From: a virus
Reading direction: 5' to 3' (one strand)
DNA: 64,000 nucleotides
IMG/VR virus record: IMGVR_UViG_3300017971_000201
Coordinates: 1-64,000 of that record
Under the pieces are notes generated by a model that worked only from the letters and a program-made list of their open reading frames with translations, was not told the origin of the DNA and did not search any database. Of the stretch, positions 10,356 to 19,697 are shown piece by piece (the stretch's first letter is position 1; each line of letters opens with the position of its first letter). The translations under genes and the position numbers were made by a program.

Positions 10356-10763
10356 ATGACGAAGCTGGACGTGAAGAAGATCAAGTCCGAGATCAACATG
10401 GTGGCCGCCGCGCTGCGCGAGTACCGTGCGCGGTTCAAGCAGTCGCAGCGCGAGAACGGCGGCGGCGCCGGCCGCATCTGCCCGAGCGAGGAGACGATCG
10501 CGAAGGACCCGGACTTCTGGAAGCACTATGACGGCGGGCGCGGCTGGTGGAGGTGGAGCTGGCTCGAGACCGACTACACCCGTTTGTGCGCGCTGCGGGC
10601 ACACATGCGAGGAAAACTCCACTTCTGTCCGCGCACGAAGGAGGAGACAGCCGGCGATCTGGGGATCCTGTGGCCCATCACACAGGAAGCCCAGGCCGAC
10701 TGGGTCGAGGAGATCGCCGAGGGCTACAAGCTGTCGGAGGAGCCGGGTAAAACGGCAGCATGA
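10356..10763 (+). CDS. Hypothetical protein
   Basis: Phage-like codon usage; TRLCALRAHMRGKLH. Confidence 0.6.
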   Translation: MTKLDVKKIKSEINMVAAALREYRARFKQSQRENGGGAGRICPSEETIAKDPDFWKHYDGGRGWWRWSWLETDYTRLCALRAHMRGKLHFCPRTKEETAGDLGILWPITQEAQADWVEEIAEGYKLSEEPGKTAA

Positions 10764-10839
10764 GGGACAAGCGGCTCCGACCCCGAGGAGAGGAGCTGCT
10801 ATACCACTGTCCCGCCCCTCGAGCGTTTCGGGGGGTCCT

Positions 10840-10912
10840 GCGCCCGTAGCTTAGTGGCCGAGCAGCACGACGGTAGACCGTGCGGACGGGGGTTCGAATC
10901 CCTCCGGGCGCG
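10840..10912 (+). tRNA. Isolated tRNA-like gene with non-canonical 9-nt anticodon loop
   Basis: Acceptor gcgcccg/cgggcgc, D arm, stem gcacg/cgtgc with loop acggtagac, T arm ggggg-ttcgaat-ccctc. Confidence 0.65.
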
Positions 10913-10913
10913 T

Positions 10914-11165
10914 ATGAGCGAGGAGCGACCTTTCGACATCTCCGAGCTGTCTTGGAGCAGGCTATCACCAATCATGCGGCGCCGGCTACGCGACGGCGAG
11001 CGCGGGCTCAACGCATCTCGGGAGAATGGGGACGTCGAGGTCATCGCTGACGGTGTTCGCGCGCTTCAGTCCACCGACTCGGTCGGTACGCCGGCCGAGA
11101 ACAAGAGCGTGATGCGCGCCCACGACGAGATGATGGACTACCTACGAGAGAGCGGGTACTGGTGA
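10914..11165 (+). CDS. Hypothetical protein
   Basis: ORF coupled to the next gene. Confidence 0.5.
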   Translation: MSEERPFDISELSWSRLSPIMRRRLRDGERGLNASRENGDVEVIADGVRALQSTDSVGTPAENKSVMRAHDEMMDYLRESGYW

Positions 11166-11869
11166 CGATCCTCTCGAGCCCATGGCCTCAGCTGGATGAT
11201 GTCTCTCTAGGATTCCACCCGGGCGAGCTGATCCTCCTGGCCGGCCAGACGAAGCGAGGCCGGACCTGGGTGCTTCTCACGATGGCGAACGCGGCAGCCC
11301 AGGCGTTGCAAGACGAGCGCGTGCTGATCTTCCCGACCACCACGCCGGCGCGAGATGTGCACATACGCCTCTACGCGCTCCGCACGAAGCAGTCCTACAA
11401 CATCGTCAGGCAGAGCGCTGTCGATCACCTGGCCGAGGTCGGGGAGAGGGATGACCGACTGCGCATCATGTCGTTCGATCCGTGCAAACACTCTCCTACG
11501 TTCGAGGAGCTGACCAAGCGGTCGGGCGACGGTTACGCGGGACTGTTCGTGGACGACATGATGTTCGCGTGCAGCCGTTACAAGGACTACAGGCGCAGGG
11601 AGATACGATACGCGGCTGAGCTGAAGGAGCTGGCGATCCGCCGCAGTATCCCGGTCATCGCGACGGTGCACTCCAGCAACAACGGCTATGCCGTCCCACA
11701 GGGCCTGTCAGATCACGCCGACGTCGTCCTTCGTCTGGATCCGTTCAACTCACTCTCGCAGAAGCCTGGGCCGCGCAAGGTCATCGTGGACGCAGCCCGT
11801 GGGTTTCGGAGCGGCTTCGACATCTCGATCAAGTTCGATCCGGCGGCCGGAGAGTACGGCGGGCCGTAG
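11162..11869 (+). CDS. Degenerate DnaB C-terminal domain paralog
   Basis: LSSPWPQLDDVSLGFHPGELILLAGQTKRGRTW aligns by eye with helicase LSSPWLDVDKYSLGLQPGELTVLLAKRKVGK/TW. Confidence 0.75.
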   Translation: MTILSSPWPQLDDVSLGFHPGELILLAGQTKRGRTWVLLTMANAAAQALQDERVLIFPTTTPARDVHIRLYALRTKQSYNIVRQSAVDHLAEVGERDDRLRIMSFDPCKHSPTFEELTKRSGDGYAGLFVDDMMFACSRYKDYRRREIRYAAELKELAIRRSIPVIATVHSSNNGYAVPQGLSDHADVVLRLDPFNSLSQKPGPRKVIVDAARGFRSGFDISIKFDPAAGEYGGP

Positions 11870-11894
11870 CGCGTCCATCTCGTAGAATCGCGGC

Positions 11895-12317
11895 ATGGAC
11901 TCGTCACGTCGAAAGGCGCTCGAAGACTACTGCCAGCGCAAGCCGTCCGTACCTCTTGAGAACAGGATGCACCTCACCATGGCGCACGCCTTGCGGTGCC
12001 GGTGCCAGAAGTGCAATCGGATCATCACCTGGGAAGACGCGGACTCGATTGGGATCATCACCGGCGAGTGCTGCAAGCTCGTCTACCGGCTATACCCGTT
12101 CTCGGTCATGGTCCGTGTCGAGGACAGCCGACCGGAGGCCCTGCTCCCGCCGACCCGGGAAGACAGTCTCTTTCCGGCGATCGACGCCGACATCATGAAG
12201 CTCGCGGAGCGCCCGCTCGATGCGGCACCGCCCCCGGCGTCGAGGGATCAGGCACCAGATCCAGCGTGTTCAGCTGGAGCGTATTCCGACGATCCCAGTC
12301 TTCCACGCGCTTCTTGA
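11895..12317 (+). CDS. Cys-rich hypothetical protein
   Basis: CRCQKC...ECC. Confidence 0.5.
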   Translation: MDSSRRKALEDYCQRKPSVPLENRMHLTMAHALRCRCQKCNRIITWEDADSIGIITGECCKLVYRLYPFSVMVRVEDSRPEALLPPTREDSLFPAIDADIMKLAERPLDAAPPPASRDQAPDPACSAGAYSDDPSLPRAS

Positions 12318-12534
12318 TCTCTGGGTCCTCGATTGCCGCGAGCCTCTCAACAGCGGACGGTTCAAGCCGCCGGCTCGCCTCGACAGCGACGCCAATCGCC
12401 GAACCTCCGCCGATCGAGTGACCAGCCACGGTCCCATCAACTCTCGCGAAGAGCATCTCGCCGGCGTCGATGCACCCGTTGGCCGGCAGCTCGACCTCGC
12501 CGCCGTCATTCAGTCGGATTCGGACGCTCTGCAT
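12193..12534 (-). CDS. Hypothetical protein with SAVDRL-type motif
   Basis: EPSAVERLAAIEDPEIKKRVEDW. Confidence 0.5.
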   Translation of the reverse strand: MQSVRIRLNDGGEVELPANGCIDAGEMLFARVDGTVAGHSIGGGSAIGVAVEASRRLEPSAVERLAAIEDPEIKKRVEDWDRRNTLQLNTLDLVPDPSTPGAVPHRAGAPRAS

Positions 12535-12832
12535 CCTTGTCCTTCCTCGGTTGAGCGAGCATCGTCTGGTGCGGGTCCTGCACCCGCGTCTGCCCGTCCC
12601 ACTCCGGGTTGTCCCGCTCCACCTTCCTGAGCAGGGCTCGGCCCATGATCGAGCGAGCGATGTCGCGAACCGCGTCGCCGGCCCCCTCGCCGAAGTGCTC
12701 CTCCATCTCCTCGATCGACTTGAGCAGCTCTTGAGCCTTCTCCGGCTTGCCGTCGGCCAGGTCACGCGCCCACTCCGGCTCGGGGAGCTGCTCGCCGAGC
12801 CTGAGCGGTCGCCGCTTCTTGGGCCTGCTCAC
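12506..12832 (-). CDS. Hypothetical protein
   Basis: Translationally coupled ORF. Confidence 0.55.
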   Translation of the reverse strand: MSRPKKRRPLRLGEQLPEPEWARDLADGKPEKAQELLKSIEEMEEHFGEGAGDAVRDIARSIMGRALLRKVERDNPEWDGQTRVQDPHQTMLAQPRKDKDAERPNPTE

Positions 12833-13104
12833 GCCTCATCATCCTTGTCTCGCACCAGGTCGGCCAGCTCTTCGACCGCGCTGGGGGGAAGAGGCTGCGG
12901 CCAGATGTGAACCGTGTTGCTCGCACCGCCGGATCCACCAGCTCCGCCGCTTCCGCCTCCTGCGGTGATGCTCGGAGTCGGCTTACCGTTACCGCCGATC
13001 CCCGTCGTGATGCTGCCGCTGAAGACGATGGCCGAACAGCCGCCTCTACCGCTCCATCCGCCGGAGCCGCCAGAGATGACCGTGTGGCTGTTAGTTCTCG
13101 TCAT
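12829..13104 (-). CDS. Gly-rich protein with SAVDRL-type motif
   Basis: PPSAVEELADLV at C-terminus. Confidence 0.55.
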   Translation of the reverse strand: MTRTNSHTVISGGSGGWSGRGGCSAIVFSGSITTGIGGNGKPTPSITAGGGSGGAGGSGGASNTVHIWPQPLPPSAVEELADLVRDKDDEA

Positions 13105-13110
13105 CGTCCG

Positions 13111-13362
13111 CTACTCCCACAGTGATCTCAGATCGGCCAGCATCTCGTCGAAACTGGCCCTCGCCTTGTCGTAGTCCTCCACCTTCTTCTTCGCGTCGGG
13201 ATCTACAACAGCCGCGAGCTTCTCGACGACGGACGGCTCGGCCGGCAGACCGGCGGTTCGGAGCTTCCTCGGCTTCGCGATCACCTCCTCAGAGCGGATG
13301 TTCAGCTCGATCGCAGGCAGATCGTCCCAGTCATCGGGCAGGCCGTCTGGTCTCATGGGCAT
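13111..13362 (-). CDS. Hypothetical protein with SAVDRL-type motif
   Basis: EPSVVEKLAAVVDPDAKKKVEDY. Confidence 0.6.
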   Translation of the reverse strand: MPMRPDGLPDDWDDLPAIELNIRSEEVIAKPRKLRTAGLPAEPSVVEKLAAVVDPDAKKKVEDYDKARASFDEMLADLRSLWE

Positions 13363-13637
13363 CCCTCGGAGAGGAAGCCCAGGCGGTCTACGGCGGACAT
13401 CTGGGCGCGCTTGATCTCCTTGTCGATCTCGGCCTTCATGAGGCCGGCCGCGCCCGCGATGATCTCTTCCTCGACCGACGACGCTGTCGGCCCCGGACCG
13501 GGATCGTCCTCGCCGCGCGAGATGGCAGCGAGCCGATCGACGGCCGAGCGCTCCATCGACGGGAAGATGCCGAAGTCTCGCAGGAAGTCTTGTTGAGCCT
13601 CGACCGAGTGCTTGGCCCGGAAGCTACGCCTGGTCAT
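13353..13637 (-). CDS. Hypothetical protein with two SAVDRL motifs
   Basis: RSAVDRLAAI and MSAVDRLGFL. Confidence 0.6.
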   Translation of the reverse strand: MTRRSFRAKHSVEAQQDFLRDFGIFPSMERSAVDRLAAISRGEDDPGPGPTASSVEEEIIAGAAGLMKAEIDKEIKRAQMSAVDRLGFLSEGCP

Positions 13638-14028
13638 GGCCCACTTGTTCGATCAGCGCTCTCAGCCTCTTCTTGTTCGTGGCTGTTGTGATGAACACCT
13701 CTGCGTGCATCCGCTCGATGCTCTCCTTGGTCTCCTCGGTCACGTACCGGAAGCAGTCGAGCAGTGTCCGCTGCTGTTCGTTCCCTTCGTCGTAGGTCTT
13801 GGAGATCTTCTCGACGTCGTCCTTCCGCTCTCCGGTGCCGCGCGAGCTGACGCCGACGCCGACTGACGTGTGCAGCCAGTGGTTGAAGCTGCGCTTCCGC
13901 CGGCGGAGGATCTGCTCCTCCGGCGTGCAGGACAGGTCGCCCAGCTCGGCGATGAGATCGCGGGCCTCTCCTTCTCCCCAGTCGTCGGCCGCGCTCATAT
14001 CGGCATCTCCCATACCGGCATCTCCCAT
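13624..14028 (-). CDS. Hypothetical protein
   Basis: ORF in coupled series. Confidence 0.5.
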   Translation of the reverse strand: MGDAGMGDADMSAADDWGEGEARDLIAELGDLSCTPEEQILRRRKRSFNHWLHTSVGVGVSSRGTGERKDDVEKISKTYDEGNEQQRTLLDCFRYVTEETKESIERMHAEVFITTATNKKRLRALIEQVGHDQA

Positions 14029-14372
14029 ACCTTGTTCAGGGATGCCTTTGTCATAGCGTGATCGTCGTACTTCTTGATCTTCTTCGCCAGTTCGCCTTCG
14101 GGCTCTGCCAGCGCGGCGAGTCGATCGACGGCCGATGGCTCCCACATACCGTAGCGCGGCCGGTAGAAGGCGACGCCACCGATCGGCGGCGTCATCGGCT
14201 GGACCGACACGATCGGCTCGTACAGCGGATCGTGTATCCGGGACCGCCGGATCATCGCCAGCCCAGCCTTCACCCACGGTGGCGGGTCACCGCCCTGGAC
14301 TCGGATCTCCTTCGCGAGCTGCCGCTCGAAGCTCTCGATGATCTCGCGTGTCGCCTCCATCACGGCGCTCAT
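13995..14372 (-). CDS. Hypothetical protein with SAVDRL motif
   Basis: IVSVQPMTPPIGGVAFYRPRY followed by EPSAVDRLAAL. Confidence 0.6.
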   Translation of the reverse strand: MSAVMEATREIIESFERQLAKEIRVQGGDPPPWVKAGLAMIRRSRIHDPLYEPIVSVQPMTPPIGGVAFYRPRYGMWEPSAVDRLAALAEPEGELAKKIKKYDDHAMTKASLNKVWEMPVWEMPI

Positions 14373-14788
14373 CGGACCACATCTCCGAGTAGATCGATGA
14401 CCGCTGGTCCGTCCGGTATCGCGCCGATGTTCAGGTCAACGGTGATGATCTCCATGCCGCGAACCAGCTGACCGTGGCGTGTTCCGAAGGCTCGAATAAC
14501 ACCGTGCACCGGGTAAGTGCGCCCAATCTCCACGAACGTCCTGGCCATCCGTCCTTGCTCGTTGTCCACGAACTCCAGGTCGGTTTCAAGCTGCCCGTCC
14601 GCCTTCACACGCAGGCCGGTGACGATATGCGAGGCGGTGGTCAGCCGCATCCGGCCCGTCGCCTCTGGGCTGCTCAGCTCGCCGATCATGCGTCGACCTT
14701 CGATCTTCTCCTGCACGCGCGCGATGGCCGCCCTCAGCTCGCTGGCCGTGGTGTGAATCGGGGCTACGGGCAGAGTGTAGATGGTCAT
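14369..14788 (-). CDS. Protein resembling a T4 gp21-type prohead protease fragment
   Basis: MIGELSSP...ASHIVTGL...DNEQGRMA...IRAFG...IITVDL pattern; expected catalytic H/S appear replaced. Confidence 0.45.
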   Translation of the reverse strand: MTIYTLPVAPIHTTASELRAAIARVQEKIEGRRMIGELSSPEATGRMRLTTASHIVTGLRVKADGQLETDLEFVDNEQGRMARTFVEIGRTYPVHGVIRAFGTRHGQLVRGMEIITVDLNIGAIPDGPAVIDLLGDVVR

Positions 14789-14824
14789 TCCTCTCCAGAC
14801 GTTCTACCCCGGCCCCGGTGTCTA

Positions 14825-15370
14825 CTACTCGATGGGCGGCGGCTCCCAGGTTCCGGCCTTCACCTCGTTCACCCACGCCAGCGCATCTTCGTAGGAGACC
14901 ATGCGGCCGAGGAGGTTCTTGTAACCCTTCAGGACGAGAGCGATCTCCTCGGACCGTCGCCACGGCATCCCGATGATCTCGTAGTACCATCCCAGCTGTT
15001 CCTCGGCCCACATGAACGACTTGTCGGTGCCATAGCGCGCGATCCACAGCAGGACGCCCATCGCGAACTGCCGCTTTGAGTGCTCCTGCTCATGGCGCAG
15101 CCTGGCGCGATAGGAGGCGCTGCCGGGCGGGTTCTTCGTGAGCCACTTCTCGATCGATTCGACGTACACGTGGTTGCCGACCGTGGTGATCTGGTTCTCG
15201 CCGCCGAGCATGTCCGGCCGCTCGGCCATCACGACGAGCGGCTTCCATTCCTCGTCGAGGTCCATGGTCTCGTAGCCCATGGCGTCAGCCGCCTTGTCCA
15301 CCATGACGCATCCGCTGGGTAGAACGAGGACCAGCGCCAGAAGCACGAGCTGGGAAATTCGAGTCATCAT
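14825..15370 (-). CDS. Lipoprotein with HExxH motif
   Basis: Signal peptide ending LPSGC; LRHEQEH. Confidence 0.6.
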   Translation of the reverse strand: MMTRISQLVLLALVLVLPSGCVMVDKAADAMGYETMDLDEEWKPLVVMAERPDMLGGENQITTVGNHVYVESIEKWLTKNPPGSASYRARLRHEQEHSKRQFAMGVLLWIARYGTDKSFMWAEEQLGWYYEIIGMPWRRSEEIALVLKGYKNLLGRMVSYEDALAWVNEVKAGTWEPPPIE

Positions 15371-15417
15371 CGTCCCTCCATTCGTGTATTCTGCCGCCCA
15401 CAAGGAGGAAACACCAG

Positions 15418-15837
15418 ATGGCAGAGCTTGAGTTGCCCCCAGGGGCGAAGGTCGAGGAGACGAAGCCCGCGCCGGCCGAGGAGAAGCAGGAGACGGACTG
15501 GACGGAGACGCCGTTCCCGATCGAGCTGTTCAGCAACAACATCGTGATCAAGCGCGACGACGTGGACGAGATGACCGAGGGCGGGATCATCCTCCCCGAG
15601 ACCGCGCGCCAGGGCCAGTACCGCACGATGGTCGGCACCGTGATCGCGGTCGGCCCGGGGTTCATGAAGGGCGACGGGTCGTGCATCCCGATGCGTGTCG
15701 CGGTCGGCGACCGGGTCGTCTTCCGCAAGTTCCAGGCGATGGTCGAGCTGACGGTCGACGGATTCGACTACCACCTCCTCGACGAGAACGGCCTGCTCGG
15801 CAAGGTTCGCGAGGGCGGCGTCACGAAGGTCCGCTGA
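15418..15837 (+). CDS. groES: Co-chaperonin GroES
   Basis: TEGGIILPE, GTVIAVGPG, VAVGDRVVF. Confidence 0.9.
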   Translation: MAELELPPGAKVEETKPAPAEEKQETDWTETPFPIELFSNNIVIKRDDVDEMTEGGIILPETARQGQYRTMVGTVIAVGPGFMKGDGSCIPMRVAVGDRVVFRKFQAMVELTVDGFDYHLLDENGLLGKVREGGVTKVR

Positions 15838-16616
15838 TGGGCCGTGTCCTATACGACTCGAGCGACCAGCATCTTTGGCCGGCCGAGGTGTCGGACGCGC
15901 TCAATGAGCCGCTCACCCTGACGTGCGAGCGGTGCGGAGACCACTGGGTACTCGAGCGCTACATCGACGAGAGCGGCTTCATGCGCGTCCGTCATCTGGC
16001 GGTTCCCGGGAAGACGTGCCACCCGACGATCGAGATCGAGCCTGTCGTCTTCCTCGACGTGGACGGTGTCTACGCCGACTTCGTGAGCGCCGGACTGCGC
16101 GCACACGGGTCAGCGCTGACCCCCAACGACATCACGCGCTACGACATGGCCGGGATCATGGGGATCAGTGGGACGGAGTTCTGGGAGCCGCTCGATGCAG
16201 CCGGCCCGGAGTTCTGGCGAGACCTCGAGCTGTTCCCGTGGTCGGTGCGGCTCTACGCCGAGCTGAAAGCGCTCCCAGCTGACGTCGTCTTCCTCACGCA
16301 GCCAAGCTGGAGTTGGACGACGCTCGCCGGGAAGAAGATGTTCTTCGACAAGCACTTCGGCCGGAGCTTCATGAACTTCATCCCGACCGGCCGGAAGGAG
16401 CTGCTCGCACATCACCCGCGTTCGGTACTGATCGACGACTCGCCGGAGAACGTCGAGAAGTTCGAGGCGGCCGGCGGCAAGGCGATCCTGTTCCCTCAGC
16501 CGTGGAACGGGACGACGGTACCGGAGGACGAGGACATCGTAGGCTTCATCGTCGATCAAGCGAGGCGGGCGCTCGGACCGTGCGGGCGGCGAGGGTTGCG
16601 CTCACCGATGCCGTGA
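15837..16616 (+). CDS. HAD-family 5'(3')-deoxyribonucleotidase-like protein
   Basis: FLDVDGVYADF, VFLT, K, LIDDSPEN, FPQPWN. Confidence 0.8.
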   Translation: MGRVLYDSSDQHLWPAEVSDALNEPLTLTCERCGDHWVLERYIDESGFMRVRHLAVPGKTCHPTIEIEPVVFLDVDGVYADFVSAGLRAHGSALTPNDITRYDMAGIMGISGTEFWEPLDAAGPEFWRDLELFPWSVRLYAELKALPADVVFLTQPSWSWTTLAGKKMFFDKHFGRSFMNFIPTGRKELLAHHPRSVLIDDSPENVEKFEAAGGKAILFPQPWNGTTVPEDEDIVGFIVDQARRALGPCGRRGLRSPMP

Positions 16617-16721
16617 CGGAGATGGGCAGGATCGCGGAACCTGGAATCGGTTGACACCGAGTCCTGGTGGCCACGTCCTGGTCACTGGATCAAAGCACCT
16701 TGAACCACGAGGAGGGGTCAC

Positions 16722-18395
16722 GTGGCGAACAAGGCCATCTTCCAGGGCGCGACCGCAGGTCGCTCCGTTCCCGCAACCGACACCGTGAACAATGCCGGAG
16801 GCCGGGCATACGAGTTCGGCCCGAAGCACGCGCTCGCACAGCTGGCGTGCACCGGCACCTTCAACGAGACCTTCTACGGCACTGCCGTCGACCAGCTCGA
16901 GGGCATCCGCAAGGCGGCCGACCAGGTCGAGCCCACCTTCCTCGCCAAGTGCGCGGTCTACGCGCGCCAGAAGGGCGGGATGAAGGACATGCCGGCGGCA
17001 CTCATCGTCATGCTGTCGAAGGCCGACCCGGCCCTGTGCTCGCTCGTCTTTCCCCTGGTCATCGACAACGGGAAGATGGTCCGCAACCTGGTCCAGATGG
17101 TCCGCTCCGGCGCGCTCGGCCGGAAGTCGATGGGGTCTGGCCTCAAGCGGCTCGTCAACAAGTGGATCCAGCAGCGGTCGGCGCGCGCGCTCTTCCGCGC
17201 GACTGTGGGGAAGAGCCCCAGCCTGGCCGATGTGATCCAGCTCACTCACCCGAAGGCGAAGGACGAGGAGCAGAAGGCCCTCATCGGCTACATCCTCGGC
17301 CGAGAGCACGACGCGTCCAAGCTGCCTGGCATCGTCCAGCACTACGAGGCGTTCAAGCGCGGCGAGTCGGACGAGGTCCCCGACGTGGACTTCCGGCAGC
17401 TCACCTCGCTGCCGCTCAAGCCGCATCACTGGGCGCAGATCGTCCGCAACGGCGGATACCAGTTCACCATCAAGAACCTCAACACGGCGGCGCGCCACGG
17501 CGTGTTCGACGCGCCTGGGCTGTCCGAGCTGATCGCGGCCCGGATCGCCAACCGTGAGGAGCTGGAGAAGGCCAGGATCTTCCCCTACCAGCTGCTCGTG
17601 GCCTATCTGAACGCGGGCAGGCACCCGGACCCGACCTACCAGCGGTACATGGCCTACTTCCGTCGCCACAATGAGACGGCACGCTCTGAGATCGACCTGC
17701 CCGACTCGGTCAGGGACTCTCTCCAGGACGCGATGGAGGCGGCGACCGAGAACGTCCCCAGCTTCGGCGTGCCCACGGCGGTGATCGTGGACGTCAGCGG
17801 CTCGATGCAGTCCCCGGTCACGGGCGAGCGGAAGGGCTCGACGACCAAGGTCCGATGCGTGGACGTGGCCGGCCTCATGGCAGCCACCGTGCTTCGCCGG
17901 AACAAGGGTTCGATCGTGATCCCCGTGGACGCCGACGTCCACAGCACGCGGATCGTCAACCCGCGCGACACGGTCGTGACGAACGCCATCAAGCTGTCCC
18001 AGATGGGTGGCGGCGGGACCAACCTCTCGCTGGCCCTTTCCCACCTGAACAAGCTGAAGAGGTCGCACGAGTTCAAGCTCGTGATCATCGTCAGCGACAA
18101 CGAGTCGTGGGTCGACTCTCGCGGGTGCGCGGGCTACTACGGCCGTGGAACCCGGCTCATGGATGAGTTCCGCCAGCTCCAGCAGAAGGCCGGCGGCGCG
18201 CGGATGGTCTGCATCGACATCACGCCGAACAGGAGCACCCAGGCGCCGAGCGCGCCGGACGAGATCATGAACATCGGTGGGTTCTCGGACTCGATCTGGA
18301 GTACCATCAACCGCTTCGCGGCCGGCGACACGCACGACGTGGACGCCTGGGTCGCAGAGATTGAGGCGATCAGCCTCGAGCAGCCGGAGGTGTAA
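16722..18395 (+). CDS. rsr: Ro60/TROVE-domain RNA-binding protein (Rsr)
   Basis: NNAGGRAY, LAQLACTGTFNETFY, ARIFPYQL, C-terminal VWA VDVSGSM...GGGTN...SDNESW...IGGFSD. Confidence 0.92.
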   Translation: MANKAIFQGATAGRSVPATDTVNNAGGRAYEFGPKHALAQLACTGTFNETFYGTAVDQLEGIRKAADQVEPTFLAKCAVYARQKGGMKDMPAALIVMLSKADPALCSLVFPLVIDNGKMVRNLVQMVRSGALGRKSMGSGLKRLVNKWIQQRSARALFRATVGKSPSLADVIQLTHPKAKDEEQKALIGYILGREHDASKLPGIVQHYEAFKRGESDEVPDVDFRQLTSLPLKPHHWAQIVRNGGYQFTIKNLNTAARHGVFDAPGLSELIAARIANREELEKARIFPYQLLVAYLNAGRHPDPTYQRYMAYFRRHNETARSEIDLPDSVRDSLQDAMEAATENVPSFGVPTAVIVDVSGSMQSPVTGERKGSTTKVRCVDVAGLMAATVLRRNKGSIVIPVDADVHSTRIVNPRDTVVTNAIKLSQMGGGGTNLSLALSHLNKLKRSHEFKLVIIVSDNESWVDSRGCAGYYGRGTRLMDEFRQLQQKAGGARMVCIDITPNRSTQAPSAPDEIMNIGGFSDSIWSTINRFAAGDTHDVDAWVAEIEAISLEQPEV

Positions 18396-18396
18396 C

Positions 18397-18651
18397 GTGG
18401 GCGATCCGTTCTACTCGGTCCACTGCGTCGCCAAGATCGATGACGAGTTCGTCACCTACCGAGAGGTCTACCTCCTCGGACCGCAGTTCTGCGGAGGCGA
18501 GAAGCACGTGATCGCCAGGGTCTACCCGGAGGCCGAGCAGAATGCGCTGGCTGACGACAGTCGGCTGATGGGACTGCCGGAGGAGGTGAGGGAATTCCTC
18601 CGGTGGGCCGAGCGGAACGTCGTCTGTCCAGTCGTACGGCGGTCGGACTAG
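18397..18651 (+). CDS. Hypothetical protein
   Basis: ORF directly after rsr. Confidence 0.5.
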   Translation: MGDPFYSVHCVAKIDDEFVTYREVYLLGPQFCGGEKHVIARVYPEAEQNALADDSRLMGLPEEVREFLRWAERNVVCPVVRRSD

Positions 18652-19109
18652 GAACGTGGAGCCGACGCCGGACAGCCGCGAGTGGCGCGAGTACTGGCGC
18701 GAACGGGAGAAGAACCCCGAACAGCGCCGGGAGACGCGGCGCGAGAAGCGCGCGGCCCGGCGTCGGTTCCACAAGCGCTCGAGAAGTGCCGCAAGACGAT
18801 CTCTTCGAGAAACGTCTGGACAAACGGAAGACTCGATCTAGGATCAGCAGCGTGATCTGCATCCGCAGCACGAACGAGAACGATGAAGCGCCGCGAGCCC
18901 AAGACCGTGTGTCTGGCCCGCGTGAACGACGCGGGCGACATCCAGTGCGTCACCTCACCGATGACGCGCTCGGATGCGGAGGCTCTCCAGGAGCAGACGC
19001 GCTTCTCCACCCGGATAATCCCGAGAATACAAGCGGCGCGTAGGCGCGCCGGCCGAGATCTTCGGTCCCGCCTGCGCGCCTGAAGCCCGCCGGGAGCGAG
19101 CTTCACCCC

Positions 19110-19177
19110 GCCCCAGTCTGCGAGGCAGATCGCGATCTTGTACGTCGCGAGGCTCGGTGCGACTCCGAGCTGGGGCT
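19110..19177 (+). tRNA. Non-canonical tRNA-Thr(TGT)-like
   Basis: gccccag/ctggggc acceptor, minimal D arm, 7-bp anticodon stem with loop cttgtac. Confidence 0.6.
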
Positions 19178-19283
19178 TTTCTCAGAAACGATGACAGGTC
19201 TCCGGGCCTCAGTCGTAAGAGGGTCAGTCAAGACGAGGGCGCACCAACCGGCCTTGCTAGCCGGACCTGGGCGTCAACGCACA

Positions 19284-19296
19284 GCTGTTTGACAAC
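19284..19296 (+). promoter_or_regulatory. boxA-like antitermination site
   Basis: gctgtttgacaac just before the first canonical tRNA; repeated at 27312. Confidence 0.55.
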
Positions 19297-19307
19297 TCGC
19301 TGTCTTT

Positions 19308-19379
19308 GGGATCTTAGCTTAGGAAGTAGAGCGCCCGGCTGAAAACCGGAAGGCCCGAGTGCAACTCTCGGAGATCCCA
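19308..19379 (+). tRNA. tRNA-Phe(GAA)
   Basis: Cloverleaf; loop ctgaaaa. Confidence 0.9.
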
Positions 19380-19382
19380 TCT

Positions 19383-19457
19383 GGTCGCGTGGTGTAGCCA
19401 AGTCAACATGCCAGCCCGTCAAGCTGGAGATCGCGGGTGCGAATCCCGTCGCGACCG
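19383..19457 (+). tRNA. tRNA-Asp(GTC), C at position 33
   Basis: ccagc-ccgtcaa-gctgg. Confidence 0.85.
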
Positions 19458-19576
19458 TCATGGGAACCTGGCTGGTACCCAGAGGAGGAGCAGAGCGCTT
19501 CGCAAGAACAGGAGGTGACCTGGTGAGAGGTACGCTCACCGCAGAGGCGAATACCTAGGGTCGGAATCAACACCGA

Positions 19577-19648
19577 TCCTGGGATGCTCGATGGTCGAGT
19601 AGCCGCCTGTTAAGCGGAATGATGTGGGTTCGAGTCCCACCCCAGGAG
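19577..19648 (+). tRNA. tRNA-Asn(GTT)
   Basis: Loop ctgttaa; canonical TTC T loop. Confidence 0.85.
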
Positions 19649-19657
19649 TACAAACTC

Positions 19658-19695
19658 ACCGTCAGGTTCTCGGTGCGAATCCGAGGGGGTGAGCC
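19658..19695 (+). pseudogene. Orphan 3' half of a tRNA (Asn-like)
   Basis: accgtc-aggtt-ctcgg tgcgaat ccgag-ggggtga-g with no D arm upstream. Confidence 0.55.
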
Positions 19696-19697
19696 GC

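Noticed and set aside
14001-14030. 15-bp tandem repeat cggcatctcccatac
   Set aside because: Only two copies at a gene overlap; likely a local duplication with no evident function.
16602-18335. Long antisense ORFs (also 3839-5257, 32696-34165, 36745-38442, 44726-45886)
   Set aside because: Shadow frames of strongly GC3-biased genes with recognisable products on the opposite strand.
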